The translations under genes were made by a program, and so were the position numbers. Of a DNA stretch of 28,274 nucleotides, positions 8,277 to 17,411 are shown in pieces. How positions within the stretch are numbered: the first letter of the stretch is position 1; each line of letters opens with the position of its first letter. The notes beneath the pieces are model-generated. The model was not told where the DNA came from. It was given only the letters and a program-made list of their open reading frames with translations, and did no database searches. Origin of the DNA: a virus (Duplodnaviria > Caudoviricetes); the IMG/VR virus record IMGVR_UViG_3300030372_004093, positions 1 to 28,274 of that record, one strand, 5' to 3'.

Positions 8277-8882
8277 ATGAAGCCTGTAAGACACGTTTCT
8301 AAGTACGCAGCTAGTAATTACAAAAGAATTTTTGATAATGAACTAACTATACAACGTAAAATATTATCAACAAAAATATCAAAAACATTACCTGTAAATT
8401 ATGATGCAGTGGCATTAAATGTCATGTCAAATTATTTTTACAATAATGTACAAAACAAAGATCAGTTCAGTTATTTTCAAGATTATTATTTTGTTGATGA
8501 CGATAAATATATTACGTGGATACATGAATACATTAGAGATCATTATCAACTAGAATATGATGAAACACCTCAAATTAATGGTACATCAGGTATAATTATA
8601 AAACAAGGTGAGCAGATAAATTATCATAATCATATTGATGATTATGACCTAAAAAATTCTTCTGACATTTCAGCTATTGTAACATGTAAAACAGGTGATA
8701 TTCCAACATACATACAATTTGAGTTTGATGATGGCAGACGAAAAATGATGAAATACAAAGTGCCAATGGAGCGAGGTAAACTTATTATGTGGAGTTCTGA
8801 TTTACGTCATTGTTTTCTAAAAAACCCTAATCATGAGCCAACAATTAGTTTGTCATATCGATTTAAATTGATTAGAAGATAA
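8277..8882 (+). CDS. Putative 2OG-Fe(II) oxygenase-like protein (HxH type)
   Basis: YHNH...LIMWSSDLRH...ISLSY double-stranded beta-helix pattern; divergent. Confidence 0.55.
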   Translation: MKPVRHVSKYAASNYKRIFDNELTIQRKILSTKISKTLPVNYDAVALNVMSNYFYNNVQNKDQFSYFQDYYFVDDDKYITWIHEYIRDHYQLEYDETPQINGTSGIIIKQGEQINYHNHIDDYDLKNSSDISAIVTCKTGDIPTYIQFEFDDGRRKMMKYKVPMERGKLIMWSSDLRHCFLKNPNHEPTISLSYRFKLIRR

Positions 8883-8903
8883 TTATAATTTTAAAAAAGA
8901 AAG

Positions 8904-9530
8904 ATGAATTTAGATACAATATTTTACGTATTCGACCAAGCATTGCCTTCAAGGTTATGTGATGACTTAGTTCAATATGGATTAGAAAAAAATCATAATA
9001 TAGCGCTTACAGGTGATGTTCATGGTAAAAAACAAGAAGAATTATCAGAAGAAGATTTAGCTAAACTTCATAAATATAGAAATTCTAATGTAGTATGGAT
9101 GGACGAGCCATGGATATACAATGCAATACAACCTTTTGTAACCCAGGCTAATATAAATGCAGGTTGGAATTTTCAATGGCAAGGATCAGAAGTTTGTCAA
9201 TGGACTAAATATGGTAAAGAACAATACTATCATTGGCATCAAGACTCACATCACAAATCTTATGGTGAAGGAGCAGGTTGGCAACAAGGATTAATAAGAA
9301 AATTGTCTGTAACTGTGTCTTTAGTTGATGGAAACACTTATAAAGGTGGAGATTTAGAATTGTTTTATCAAAGAAGTTGGAAGGATAATAAATCAATTGT
9401 TTCAGATCAAGCCAGAAACAAAGGATCAATAATAGTTTTTCCATCTTTTGTTTGGCACCGTGTGTCGCCAGTGACAGAAGGTACAAGATATTCATTAGTG
9501 GTATGGAATTTAGGAAAGGAATTTGTATGA
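8904..9530 (+). CDS. 2OG-Fe(II) oxygenase (prolyl 4-hydroxylase/PKHD-type)
   Basis: YHWHQD, RKLSVTV, GGDLE, IVFPSFVWHRVSPVTEGTRYSLVVW. Confidence 0.9.
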   Translation: MNLDTIFYVFDQALPSRLCDDLVQYGLEKNHNIALTGDVHGKKQEELSEEDLAKLHKYRNSNVVWMDEPWIYNAIQPFVTQANINAGWNFQWQGSEVCQWTKYGKEQYYHWHQDSHHKSYGEGAGWQQGLIRKLSVTVSLVDGNTYKGGDLELFYQRSWKDNKSIVSDQARNKGSIIVFPSFVWHRVSPVTEGTRYSLVVWNLGKEFV

Positions 9531-10201
9531 GAGAAGATCAAGTGTTTATTAATTTTGATCAAACAATTTTGGAAGATCACGAGTTTTTTGTTAAAAATAA
9601 TTATGTAATAATTAGAAATGTCATATCTGAAGATTTAGTAAATTTTATTTATACGTATTTTCAAAATAAAAGAGCAATTGCATCTCAATTAAAAGAGTCT
9701 AAGTTTCTATCACCATTTGATGATACTTGGGGAACATGGACAGATGCACAAATACCTAACACCTATTCACATTATGCAGATGTTGCTATGGAAACATTAA
9801 TGGTAAGAACTTTGCCAATCATGAAAAAGGTTACGAAGTTAAATTTAATACCTTGTTACACATACGCAAGAATTTATAAATTTGGTGATGAATTAATAAG
9901 ACACAAAGATAGACCATCATGCGAAATATCAACTACAATGAATTTAGGTGGAGATAACTGGCCAATTTTTTTAGAGCCTAGTGGGCAAGAAAATAAAAAA
10001 GGAGTTCGTGTTGATTTAGGCGCAGGAGACATGTTAATTTATAAAGGTTGTGAATTAGAGCACTGGAGAGAGCCTTTTCAAGGATATGATTGCGGTCAAG
10101 TATTTATGCATTATAATGATGAAAATGGACCTTTTGCAGACAAAAATAAATGGGATGGTAGACCTATGTTAGGATTGCCTGCTTGGTTTAAACCTAAATG
10201 A
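9527..10201 (+). CDS. 2OG-Fe(II) oxygenase-like protein, 224 aa
   Basis: Start at ATG 9527 (ATGA overlap, AAGGA RBS) rather than 9452; YARIY...RHKDRPSCEIS...GDMLIYKGCELEHWRE. Confidence 0.8.
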   Translation: MREDQVFINFDQTILEDHEFFVKNNYVIIRNVISEDLVNFIYTYFQNKRAIASQLKESKFLSPFDDTWGTWTDAQIPNTYSHYADVAMETLMVRTLPIMKKVTKLNLIPCYTYARIYKFGDELIRHKDRPSCEISTTMNLGGDNWPIFLEPSGQENKKGVRVDLGAGDMLIYKGCELEHWREPFQGYDCGQVFMHYNDENGPFADKNKWDGRPMLGLPAWFKPK

Positions 10202-10536
10202 CACCTTACGACATTCTACAAGTTTGGAAGAAAAAACCATATCAAAAAACAAACTACGAAAATGTTCATGCTTGTTATGAAAACGACAAGCACTATAGAA
10301 TAAAACCTAAAACACAAATAACTTTAACACCAGGTTTTGTTCATTTTGTAATAAAAAAACCAAAAGAGTGGGTGCAACAAAACTTTAAACTGGAGGAGGA
10401 CGTAACTGTTGTTAATGAAACTTTACAAATAATATATTTTTATGTGATTGATTCTTTGTTATCAAGCGCAGAGGTTGAATTAAAATTATATGTAAAAACA
10501 GGTGTTTCAAGTGAGGAAGAAGAATGGAAATTATAG
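10198..10536 (+). CDS. Hypothetical protein, 112 aa
   Basis: ATGA-coupled ORF filling the gap; no recognised motif. Confidence 0.65.
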   Translation: MTPYDILQVWKKKPYQKTNYENVHACYENDKHYRIKPKTQITLTPGFVHFVIKKPKEWVQQNFKLEEDVTVVNETLQIIYFYVIDSLLSSAEVELKLYVKTGVSSEEEEWKL

Positions 10537-11006
10537 AAAATTATCTATCAGACCGAGTATTTAATCACCTTAAAGATTTAATATTAAGCACAAAATTTTC
10601 ATGGTATTTTATGAGTAAGGTAGCTTACCTTCATGAGGATAAAGATGATTTTTATTTTAATCATAAATTTTATGAAGATAAAGAACAGTGTAGCGAGTTA
10701 TTTCAAGACATTGTTCACCCTATTATAGGTAGTTTAAATTTTAATTATTTAATAAGAGCAAGAGCAAATTTGTATACTAGAAAAGAAGAAACAATACAAA
10801 ATAGTTTTCATATTGATCAAGCTGGCACACATAAGGTCGCATTATTTTCTGTAAATACATGTAACGGATACACATTATTTAAGGACGGCACGAAGTATCA
10901 TTCCAAAGAAAATTCAATATGTATTTTTGATGGACAGTTGGAACACGCAAGTGTGTCGCAAACAGACACAAAACGACGTGTCAATATTAATATTAATTAT
11001 ATATAA
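10524..11006 (+). CDS. 2OG-Fe(II) oxygenase-like protein, 160 aa
   Basis: GAGG RBS; FHID...NGYT...FDGQLEHAS...RVNININY. Confidence 0.75.
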   Translation: MEIIENYLSDRVFNHLKDLILSTKFSWYFMSKVAYLHEDKDDFYFNHKFYEDKEQCSELFQDIVHPIIGSLNFNYLIRARANLYTRKEETIQNSFHIDQAGTHKVALFSVNTCNGYTLFKDGTKYHSKENSICIFDGQLEHASVSQTDTKRRVNININYI

Positions 11007-11017
11007 AAATAATTCTG

Positions 11018-11045
11018 TTGCAGATTAAAAAAATATGCTTACATT
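11018..11045 (+). promoter_or_regulatory. Possible sigma70-type promoter of the 50-aa gene
   Basis: TTGCAG-N16-TACATT in an AT-rich intergenic gap. Confidence 0.35.
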
Positions 11046-11081
11046 AGGTTCTCACCAAAATTAACAATCACAGGAGATATT

Positions 11082-11234
11082 ATGAGCGAACAAGACTATT
11101 TAAAAGCTATTGCTGTCCTTGCTGACAAGGTGAGCAGATACCATGAAAGATTATTAGCAGTTGAAAGAGACATGGAAAGACATCAACAAGATGCTGAAAA
11201 ACACTGTTGTGATGACTGTAGTTGCAAATCCTAA
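11082..11234 (+). CDS. Small coiled-coil protein with Cys-rich tail, 50 aa (not in ORF track)
   Basis: AGGAG RBS 11072-11076; MSEQDYLKAIAVLADKVSRYHERLLAVERDMERHQQDAEKHCCDDCSCKS. Confidence 0.8.
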   Translation: MSEQDYLKAIAVLADKVSRYHERLLAVERDMERHQQDAEKHCCDDCSCKS

Positions 11235-11485
11235 GATTTAGGAGTTTGACCCAACATATCTTTTAATGATGGAGCAAATACTTTTACATCTCGCTTTATT
11301 TTTTCTGCAGTTGTAGAAGTGTTTGGATCATCTATGTCAGCTTGCATAGCCTCTTCAGTTTCATATTCTTGACCAGTATCAATGTTTGTTAATGTAGTTT
11401 CTGTTTTTACATTATATTTAGGTATTACTCTACCATCCTCTAATGTAACTGTTCCTATTTGTTCTGCATCTTTTACTATTGGCAT
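11231..11485 (-). CDS. Hypothetical phage protein, 84 aa
   Basis: Start MPIVKD at 11485 (TAATG overlap, GGAG RBS) preferred to track start 11500. Confidence 0.8.
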   Translation of the reverse strand: MPIVKDAEQIGTVTLEDGRVIPKYNVKTETTLTNIDTGQEYETEEAMQADIDDPNTSTTAEKIKRDVKVFAPSLKDMLGQTPKS

Positions 11486-12066
11486 TATTCTTGTCTCCAA
11501 TTTATGTTAAAACTTAAAACAACCCTATCTTCTTTAGAGTTGTTGTATTTTACCTCATGTTGTAACCATGATGGGAAAAAAATCAATGAATTTTGTTTGG
11601 GCTCCCAAGTAACACTGTGAGCTAAGTGTATAGAGGCGCCTTTTTTCTTTGGAGGTGATAACACCTCTGCTTGTGGTTTTGGCTCTAGAAACACTAAATT
11701 ACCGCTATTTTGAGGTACTTGTAAATAGTATACTCCTGATAAATAATTGTAAGGATGCGTATGCACGTTATTTCTAGATCCTGGTGGGTTAATCATGCCC
11801 CACAATCCTGTCATTTCAGGAACATAATCTTCTTGCACGTCTAAATGATTAAAGCATTCTTTAGATTTATATAATATATCACCCACGGTGCTTTTAAATT
11901 CTTCGTCTTTATATAGCTCGTCGTGACTATGCCAACCTCCTATATTAGATCTAGGCATACCTTTTTCATCTTTAGATTTTATTTCATATAGTCGATCTAT
12001 TAAGTGACCATGCCCTTTTATTTCTGTCATCATAACAGGGGTAATAAATAATGATTGCAAATCCAT
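11485..12066 (-). CDS. TIGR02466-like putative 2OG-Fe(II) oxygenase
   Basis: RSNIGGWHS, NNVHTHP, LSGVYY, FFPSWLQHEV, RVVLSFN. Confidence 0.85.
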   Translation of the reverse strand: MDLQSLFITPVMMTEIKGHGHLIDRLYEIKSKDEKGMPRSNIGGWHSHDELYKDEEFKSTVGDILYKSKECFNHLDVQEDYVPEMTGLWGMINPPGSRNNVHTHPYNYLSGVYYLQVPQNSGNLVFLEPKPQAEVLSPPKKKGASIHLAHSVTWEPKQNSLIFFPSWLQHEVKYNNSKEDRVVLSFNINWRQE

Positions 12067-12067
12067 T

Positions 12068-12166
12068 TTAGTCCTTTCTTATTTTTGTTATAGAATTCTT
12101 TCTTACTTTTGGGTGCATGCCATATTTAATATACAACCAAACTAACTTAAGAATTAGTTGTTTCAT
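12068..12166 (-). CDS. Mini-protein, 32 aa (not in ORF track)
   Basis: AGAAAGGA RBS; MKQLILKLVWLYIKYGMHPKVRKNSITKIRKD; fills the intergenic gap and carries the next gene's RBS. Confidence 0.55.
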   Translation of the reverse strand: MKQLILKLVWLYIKYGMHPKVRKNSITKIRKD

Positions 12167-12176
12167 TTTATCCTTT

Positions 12177-12539
12177 CTATAGTTGACCTTTTGTAACCTC
12201 CATAAAACTTACTATTATATGAACTTGGTTAGCAGCATTAGCCTGTGCTTTTAATACATCAGATTCTTGTAAAACAAGAGGCTGAGATAATAATTCTGTT
12301 GTAGTGTTGGTTGCTACACTTTTTGCTTTAAATAATTCAAATGTAGCTGATGATCTTAAGACTTCTAAATCGACTAATGTAGTGCTACCAGAATCATTAC
12401 AAATCAAAATTGATTTTACAATATCTGTTGTTGGTGGGACTGGAGGTGATGCACCTGGATTAGCAGTAGGCACTGTTATTATGGTTGTTAGATTAGTTGT
12501 TGTCATATCAACCATTGCGCTTTTAAAGGTATTAGCCAA
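12177..12539 (-). CDS. Virion structural protein, 120 aa
   Basis: TTG start with AGGAG RBS; ANTFKS...IVKSILICN...PLVLQESDVLK beta-rich pattern. Confidence 0.75.
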   Translation of the reverse strand: MANTFKSAMVDMTTTNLTTIITVPTANPGASPPVPPTTDIVKSILICNDSGSTTLVDLEVLRSSATFELFKAKSVATNTTTELLSQPLVLQESDVLKAQANAANQVHIIVSFMEVTKGQL

Positions 12540-12699
12540 GGAAAAAAGTCTCCTGTTCTTGTTCTTCTTTTATATCTTGTTGAAAGTTCGTGTTTAATAA
12601 AAAAACTATTTGCTCTAATAATCTAATCATTTGATCAAACTGACCTGGGTCATATTCTTGTGTAGCATTTGGTAATCTTGTTATATTTATCTTAGCCAT
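12532..12699 (-). CDS. Small virion-module protein, 55 aa
   Basis: Start MAKINITRLPNATQEYD via TAATG overlap with the upstream gene, rather than 12750. Confidence 0.75.
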   Translation of the reverse strand: MAKINITRLPNATQEYDPGQFDQMIRLLEQIVFLLNTNFQQDIKEEQEQETFFLG

Positions 12700-14543
12700 T
12701 ATCTTCTTCCATCTGGTCTTATCTGCAGTTTTTGTGAACCAAGTCTCCAAGGTGTATCATTAACTGTATTAGTTGTGTACCGTATTTTTACAGCTCTACC
12801 TCTGCCTCTAATACTTATTTTTTCTGTTGAACTAGTTATAGATCCACTTGTTTGAATATTAGCTGTAGATTGTGGATACTGTTCTAAAGTTAGTTGTGCT
12901 GTCATTGTATTAGCCAAATTATCAAAATCAGGAACAAGTTTACTGACTGACATTAATTGATCGCCATCAGCTATTTCTACAGAACCTGTTTCTAAAAATG
13001 CAGTAATGGCTGTGCCATCTGCTTGATTATTACCAACTTCATGTTCAAAAATTGAAGATGCTCCAGCAGTCAATCCAAGTATTGTTGAAACATTTGCTGT
13101 GGCAGATGCGTTATACTCAGTAGCTATAGGATTTTCATAAACATAAGCTCCCAACCAAGTCGTTCTAGCTAAATTTATTGTGTACCATGTGCCCTCTAAA
13201 TAATTGTAGGCTACCGCTCTATCTATTTGTGTAGCATTAGAGGAAGGATAATACCAAATAATTTCATTAAATGCCGTGTTTAGTCCAACCGCTATGTCTG
13301 CTTTGTTAGTGTAACTCATATCGTCAAATACATAGTCTTGTACGGAACAAGGCATTTTTTTGACTACACCATCAAATAAATAAAAGGCATCATCAGACAT
13401 CCAATATGCAACGCCATTAACCTCAATAGCAGCATGCTGTGCTATTAAACCAGCGTTAGCACCTAATTGTCTAAGACCAAATGTAAAAGGTGTACCAACA
13501 AATTGAAGTCCATGTAAAGAGGTGTCAGTCCAGACTAATACCTGACCAGCTGATTTTACAGCACCTATTATTCTTGAACCATCGGATATTCTTAATGAAC
13601 CAGCTTCATTAGTTGATACTGGTGTGTAATCAGTTGCATCCTCTCTATCTGAAAATCTTAATAATAAATCATCTTGTGTAGTTGTATCTCCAATTGTGGT
13701 TTCAGTTCCAAATATAAGCAAATGTCTTGTGTCAGTAGAAACAAGGCTGAATCTAGATGCTGTAGGAGCGTTGGATAATGCTGTAGCTCTTGACCCCAAA
13801 CCACCAGATGTGTCCCAGATAAACGTGCCACCATTTAGTGCAGTGGCAATTAAATCCTCACCAAAATTATCTAATGACCAATTTCTGGCAGAAACAACAA
13901 CATCAGAAGATGATCGAGCAGTATCCCAAGTGCTCTCACTCCACGTTAATGTGCCCCAACCATATCCAAATGTAGAGGTAGATGGACCTGTTGTTATTTG
14001 ATATTTAGCATTACCAGATCCCCCTCCTCCTGAAGTTGATCCCGATGCTGTGCTAGTATGTGTAACTGTATAATTACTTGCATCAGTAACAGAAGTTATC
14101 TCAAATTCCTGATTCATGTCTAAACCATCAATTGTAGAAAACGAGTCAAAGGTTACAAAATCTCCTACAGCTGCTCCATGAGCAGCGTCATTGACACTAA
14201 CAGTCGTACTGCCGTTTGTTGTAAAAGGGTTTGTTAAAGATTCTGTCTGTCTTAAAGGTGTAATGTCGGACAAAGCTCCACCTTGATAAATGTATAGTTT
14301 TCTGTCAGTTCCTAAAGCTAAATATCTTGTTCCGTCTAAACCTACCCAAGAGTGTGTATCTCTGACCACACCCACAATAGTTTTGTTAGGATTAGGTAAA
14401 TTCTGCCAACCTCCCCATCTTTCTGGTTTACCATAGTGAAATCTTACAAAATCAGAATCAACGTATTTTCTCTCATCTCCTGCAGAATAAGCAGTATCTT
14501 GCTTATCTACGCCAGGGCGAAATTTAAGGTCTACTAATTGCAT
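12699..14543 (-). CDS. Tail protein, P22 gp10 / T7 gp12-like (DNA stabilization / nozzle), 614 aa
   Basis: FRPGVDKQ...VRFHYGKPERWGGW...WSLDNFGEDL...FNEIIWYYPS...QIRPDGRR; beta-propeller-like; size and context fit. Confidence 0.7.
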   Translation of the reverse strand: MQLVDLKFRPGVDKQDTAYSAGDERKYVDSDFVRFHYGKPERWGGWQNLPNPNKTIVGVVRDTHSWVGLDGTRYLALGTDRKLYIYQGGALSDITPLRQTESLTNPFTTNGSTTVSVNDAAHGAAVGDFVTFDSFSTIDGLDMNQEFEITSVTDASNYTVTHTSTASGSTSGGGGSGNAKYQITTGPSTSTFGYGWGTLTWSESTWDTARSSSDVVVSARNWSLDNFGEDLIATALNGGTFIWDTSGGLGSRATALSNAPTASRFSLVSTDTRHLLIFGTETTIGDTTTQDDLLLRFSDREDATDYTPVSTNEAGSLRISDGSRIIGAVKSAGQVLVWTDTSLHGLQFVGTPFTFGLRQLGANAGLIAQHAAIEVNGVAYWMSDDAFYLFDGVVKKMPCSVQDYVFDDMSYTNKADIAVGLNTAFNEIIWYYPSSNATQIDRAVAYNYLEGTWYTINLARTTWLGAYVYENPIATEYNASATANVSTILGLTAGASSIFEHEVGNNQADGTAITAFLETGSVEIADGDQLMSVSKLVPDFDNLANTMTAQLTLEQYPQSTANIQTSGSITSSTEKISIRGRGRAVKIRYTTNTVNDTPWRLGSQKLQIRPDGRR

Positions 14544-14557
14544 AATTTTATAATAAA

Positions 14558-15340
14558 TTACTTATTGTTTTGAGGCAAGAATTGAGTTCCAACATTGCCT
14601 TTAAAAGCATAATTACCGTAATGTGTCATACCAGATAGAATATCAGCGTATATTTTACCACCCATATTTTGCCATAAACGACAAAAAGCATAATCTTCTG
14701 ACAAATATCGTCGTGTTTTAGGCTCAATCATGGTGTCAAAAAAAGCATAATTCCAATCAGATGTTTTATGATATTCAAAGTCTTTTTCATGCGATTGATT
14801 AATATGTTGATCTGGCTTAAATTTTAAATCTGGGTAAACCCTAGCCATCCTTTCAAATACTTGTCTTTTAATCATCATAAAACCAGTAGGACCGTCCAAA
14901 ACTTCTATAAAACCTTTTTCTAATAATATGTTGTTAGGATCTTTTACATTTAAATTATATTGCAGTGAAGCAGCTAATAACTCGTCTTCGGAAATATCTG
15001 GTTTATCTTTTAATCTTTTTTTAACTTTTATCCAATCTATGGTTTTTCTTGGATAAATACCAGTGACAACATCTTTATTATATTCTAACATTCTAACCAC
15101 TGAATCTGGATTAAAAGCTAAATCAGCGTCTACAAATAAAAGATGTGAGTAGTCGCCATCCATAAATAATTGTACCAAAGTATTTCTGGCTCTAGTTATT
15201 AATGATTCATTACCAATAGTCCCGAACTGTAATTCTATTTTGTTAGTGGCTGCAAGAGCCACAAGTTGCATGCAACTTTTAAAATACTCTGTTGTGATCA
15301 ATCCACCATAACAAGGGGTACCTACAAATATCTTATTCAT
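14558..15340 (-). CDS. Glycosyltransferase-like protein (GT-A fold)
   Basis: IFVGTPCYGG, ESLITRARN, LLFVDAD (DxD), TGFMMIKR, YLSEDYAFC. Confidence 0.75.
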   Translation of the reverse strand: MNKIFVGTPCYGGLITTEYFKSCMQLVALAATNKIELQFGTIGNESLITRARNTLVQLFMDGDYSHLLFVDADLAFNPDSVVRMLEYNKDVVTGIYPRKTIDWIKVKKRLKDKPDISEDELLAASLQYNLNVKDPNNILLEKGFIEVLDGPTGFMMIKRQVFERMARVYPDLKFKPDQHINQSHEKDFEYHKTSDWNYAFFDTMIEPKTRRYLSEDYAFCRLWQNMGGKIYADILSGMTHYGNYAFKGNVGTQFLPQNNK

Positions 15341-15965
15341 TTTTGTTAGCCATGTTTAAATTTATAACTATTCTTGTTTCATTATGTATGGGATTGCAAC
15401 TTGTATGATAATAATCACCATCAAATAAAACAAATCTATTTTTTCTTGGTGTTATTCTTTTTTTAACTGTAAGATTATTTGTATCAAACTTGCTATCACA
15501 TTTTTCATTAAAAATAATGGTGTCACCATCTGAGTCATTGACATAATATATACCAGAGTAACTGTTTTCAAAAAGATTATCAACGTGCGGTGTATTATAT
15601 TTTTTATAATTTGATTTTGTATTGTTTAACAAAAAATTAATTTTTGCACGTATAATAACGGGATCAAATGTATTATTGGTAGCCCTACTGAGAGCTTGTT
15701 TCATTAAAATTAAAACTTTACCGTGTATACTAGATCTAATCTGAGGATCTTCATTATGATAATATACTCCATGGATTAATTGAGTTGTTGTAAAAGAATA
15801 TTTATTACCAAAAGCACTAATTTTATTTATATCATAATCTGTATCTATTTTAGTATCTCTGTTTACATACCAAGGAAATGTATCACTAAAACATTCTTTG
15901 CTAAAGTAGTCAGCAATATCTTTATCAACAGCATCATCTAAAACTATTATATCATGAATTTTCAT
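15333..15965 (-). CDS. 2OG-Fe(II) oxygenase-like protein, 210 aa
   Basis: TPHVD, YYVNDSDGDT, FDGDYYHTS, RIVINLN. Confidence 0.8.
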   Translation of the reverse strand: MKIHDIIVLDDAVDKDIADYFSKECFSDTFPWYVNRDTKIDTDYDINKISAFGNKYSFTTTQLIHGVYYHNEDPQIRSSIHGKVLILMKQALSRATNNTFDPVIIRAKINFLLNNTKSNYKKYNTPHVDNLFENSYSGIYYVNDSDGDTIIFNEKCDSKFDTNNLTVKKRITPRKNRFVLFDGDYYHTSCNPIHNETRIVINLNMANKNE

Positions 15966-16714
15966 TTATAGTTTTTCCTAACCCACGCATTATTTTTATA
16001 CATATCGACCATATAAGTAGCAAAATTAAATAACCATTTACTGCGCATTTTGTGGTTTTTATCTGTATCATTAGAAACTTTCATATGCCAATCATTTCTC
16101 GCAAAAGGAAATACTAAAGCTATGGGATATCCTTTTGGAATTATTTTTTGTGGACTAAGTTTTTCATCCCAATCTTTAAGAAAAAATGGAAAATTAACAT
16201 ATGTTTCATATCTATCAGTATCCACAACACCAGTCACTATCCTAATATCTCTTTCTTCAGTGTTAAAAGGAGAAGTAAAAAGACAACTATATCCTGGCGG
16301 TGTTTTAATTATCCATGGGTTTCCAAATTTAAAAGCTATAGGTATCTCATTTTTATAAACCATTTTCTTTGCAAACTCATAAGAGGAGTGCGCACTTACA
16401 TGATAATTTATTTCTTGAGGTATATTTTTTAACATGTCTAAATGTTCAAACTCATTTAATCTACCTGACTGAACCTTTACATCAACGGTTTGATTGTCAT
16501 TAATAGTTTTTGTAAACATTATATCTATAGACGACAATAGAGCATAACCCATTGTAACACTGTCAAGCACGGGCACGCAATTTTTCACTGTACCTAAATT
16601 TAAATCTTTGTTAATATATTTTTCCATGTCTTTGTACCACCTAGGAACAACCTTTTTCATTGGAACTGGATGTACCAAATATTCTGCATGTTTACTTATA
16701 AATTTAATTTTCAA
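15962..16714 (-). CDS. Conserved phage protein (possibly DUF6065-like), 250 aa
   Basis: TTG start; PRWYK, TVKNCVPVLD, NPWIIKTPPGYSCLF, GVVDTD; paralogue of the neighbouring gene. Confidence 0.75.
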   Translation of the reverse strand: MKIKFISKHAEYLVHPVPMKKVVPRWYKDMEKYINKDLNLGTVKNCVPVLDSVTMGYALLSSIDIMFTKTINDNQTVDVKVQSGRLNEFEHLDMLKNIPQEINYHVSAHSSYEFAKKMVYKNEIPIAFKFGNPWIIKTPPGYSCLFTSPFNTEERDIRIVTGVVDTDRYETYVNFPFFLKDWDEKLSPQKIIPKGYPIALVFPFARNDWHMKVSNDTDKNHKMRSKWLFNFATYMVDMYKNNAWVRKNYK

Positions 16715-17402
16715 ATTTTTTCCATTGTAAAATTTTAATTAAATTTTTAAATCTATCTTTAAATTTTGAATTAATTATATTGTTTTGAGTATTGATTTTT
16801 TTACCTAATTTGTAATCATCTGTCATTATTAAATCAAAATTCTCTCTCTTGTAAGGAACATACATTGCTAAAGGCGTGCCTTTTTTTATTAAGAACTCAC
16901 CCTCTTTAAAAATGCACATTTGTTGATTTATTGTGTGATATACATCCGTATGCAAAACGCCAGGTAAGACTTCAAAATCCTCACTGTAATTGTAATACAT
17001 CGGTAATTGCAAAACACTATAGCCTTTTGGTGTAATTATCTTCCAAGGACAATCAGGTTTAAGAATAATTTTTGTTTTTTCAGCTACGTGTTTTGGAACA
17101 TGATATAAATATTGTTCATGGTTATGTATTGTGAATGTATATTGCTTGTCAGGTGTGTTCCATTCATAATACATTTCATCATTTTTAATCTTTAAATTAA
17201 TTTTTAAATCACACCAGAGAGATACTACATAACCCTGTTTAAAATAATCCACAAAGCCTGGACAAGTTTTAATGGTAGCAGCTGATAATTCATCATTACT
17301 TATGTTTACGCTTTTAAACCATGTTGGTATATGCGCAACTGATTTTGTAATAGGGTTAGAAATTTTTAATCCATCTATGTTATTATAGAAAAATATTTTC
17401 AA
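16704..17402 (-). CDS. Conserved phage protein (possibly DUF6065-like), 232 aa
   Basis: TTG start with AGAGG RBS; PTWFK, TIKTCPGFVD, PWKIITPKGYSVL, GVLHTD, KGTPLA. Confidence 0.75.
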   Translation of the reverse strand: MKIFFYNNIDGLKISNPITKSVAHIPTWFKSVNISNDELSAATIKTCPGFVDYFKQGYVVSLWCDLKINLKIKNDEMYYEWNTPDKQYTFTIHNHEQYLYHVPKHVAEKTKIILKPDCPWKIITPKGYSVLQLPMYYNYSEDFEVLPGVLHTDVYHTINQQMCIFKEGEFLIKKGTPLAMYVPYKRENFDLIMTDDYKLGKKINTQNNIINSKFKDRFKNLIKILQWKKFEN

Positions 17403-17411
17403 TCTGCCTCT

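Noticed and set aside
12304-16432. Plus-strand ORFs within the inverted block (12304, 13696, 16050, 16148)
   Set aside because: Antisense shadows of motif-bearing minus-strand genes.
16704-16725. Programmed frameshift fusing the two paralogues at the A-run in their overlap
   Set aside because: The downstream gene has its own TTG start matching its paralogue's N-terminus; no stimulatory structure seen; A-runs are common here.
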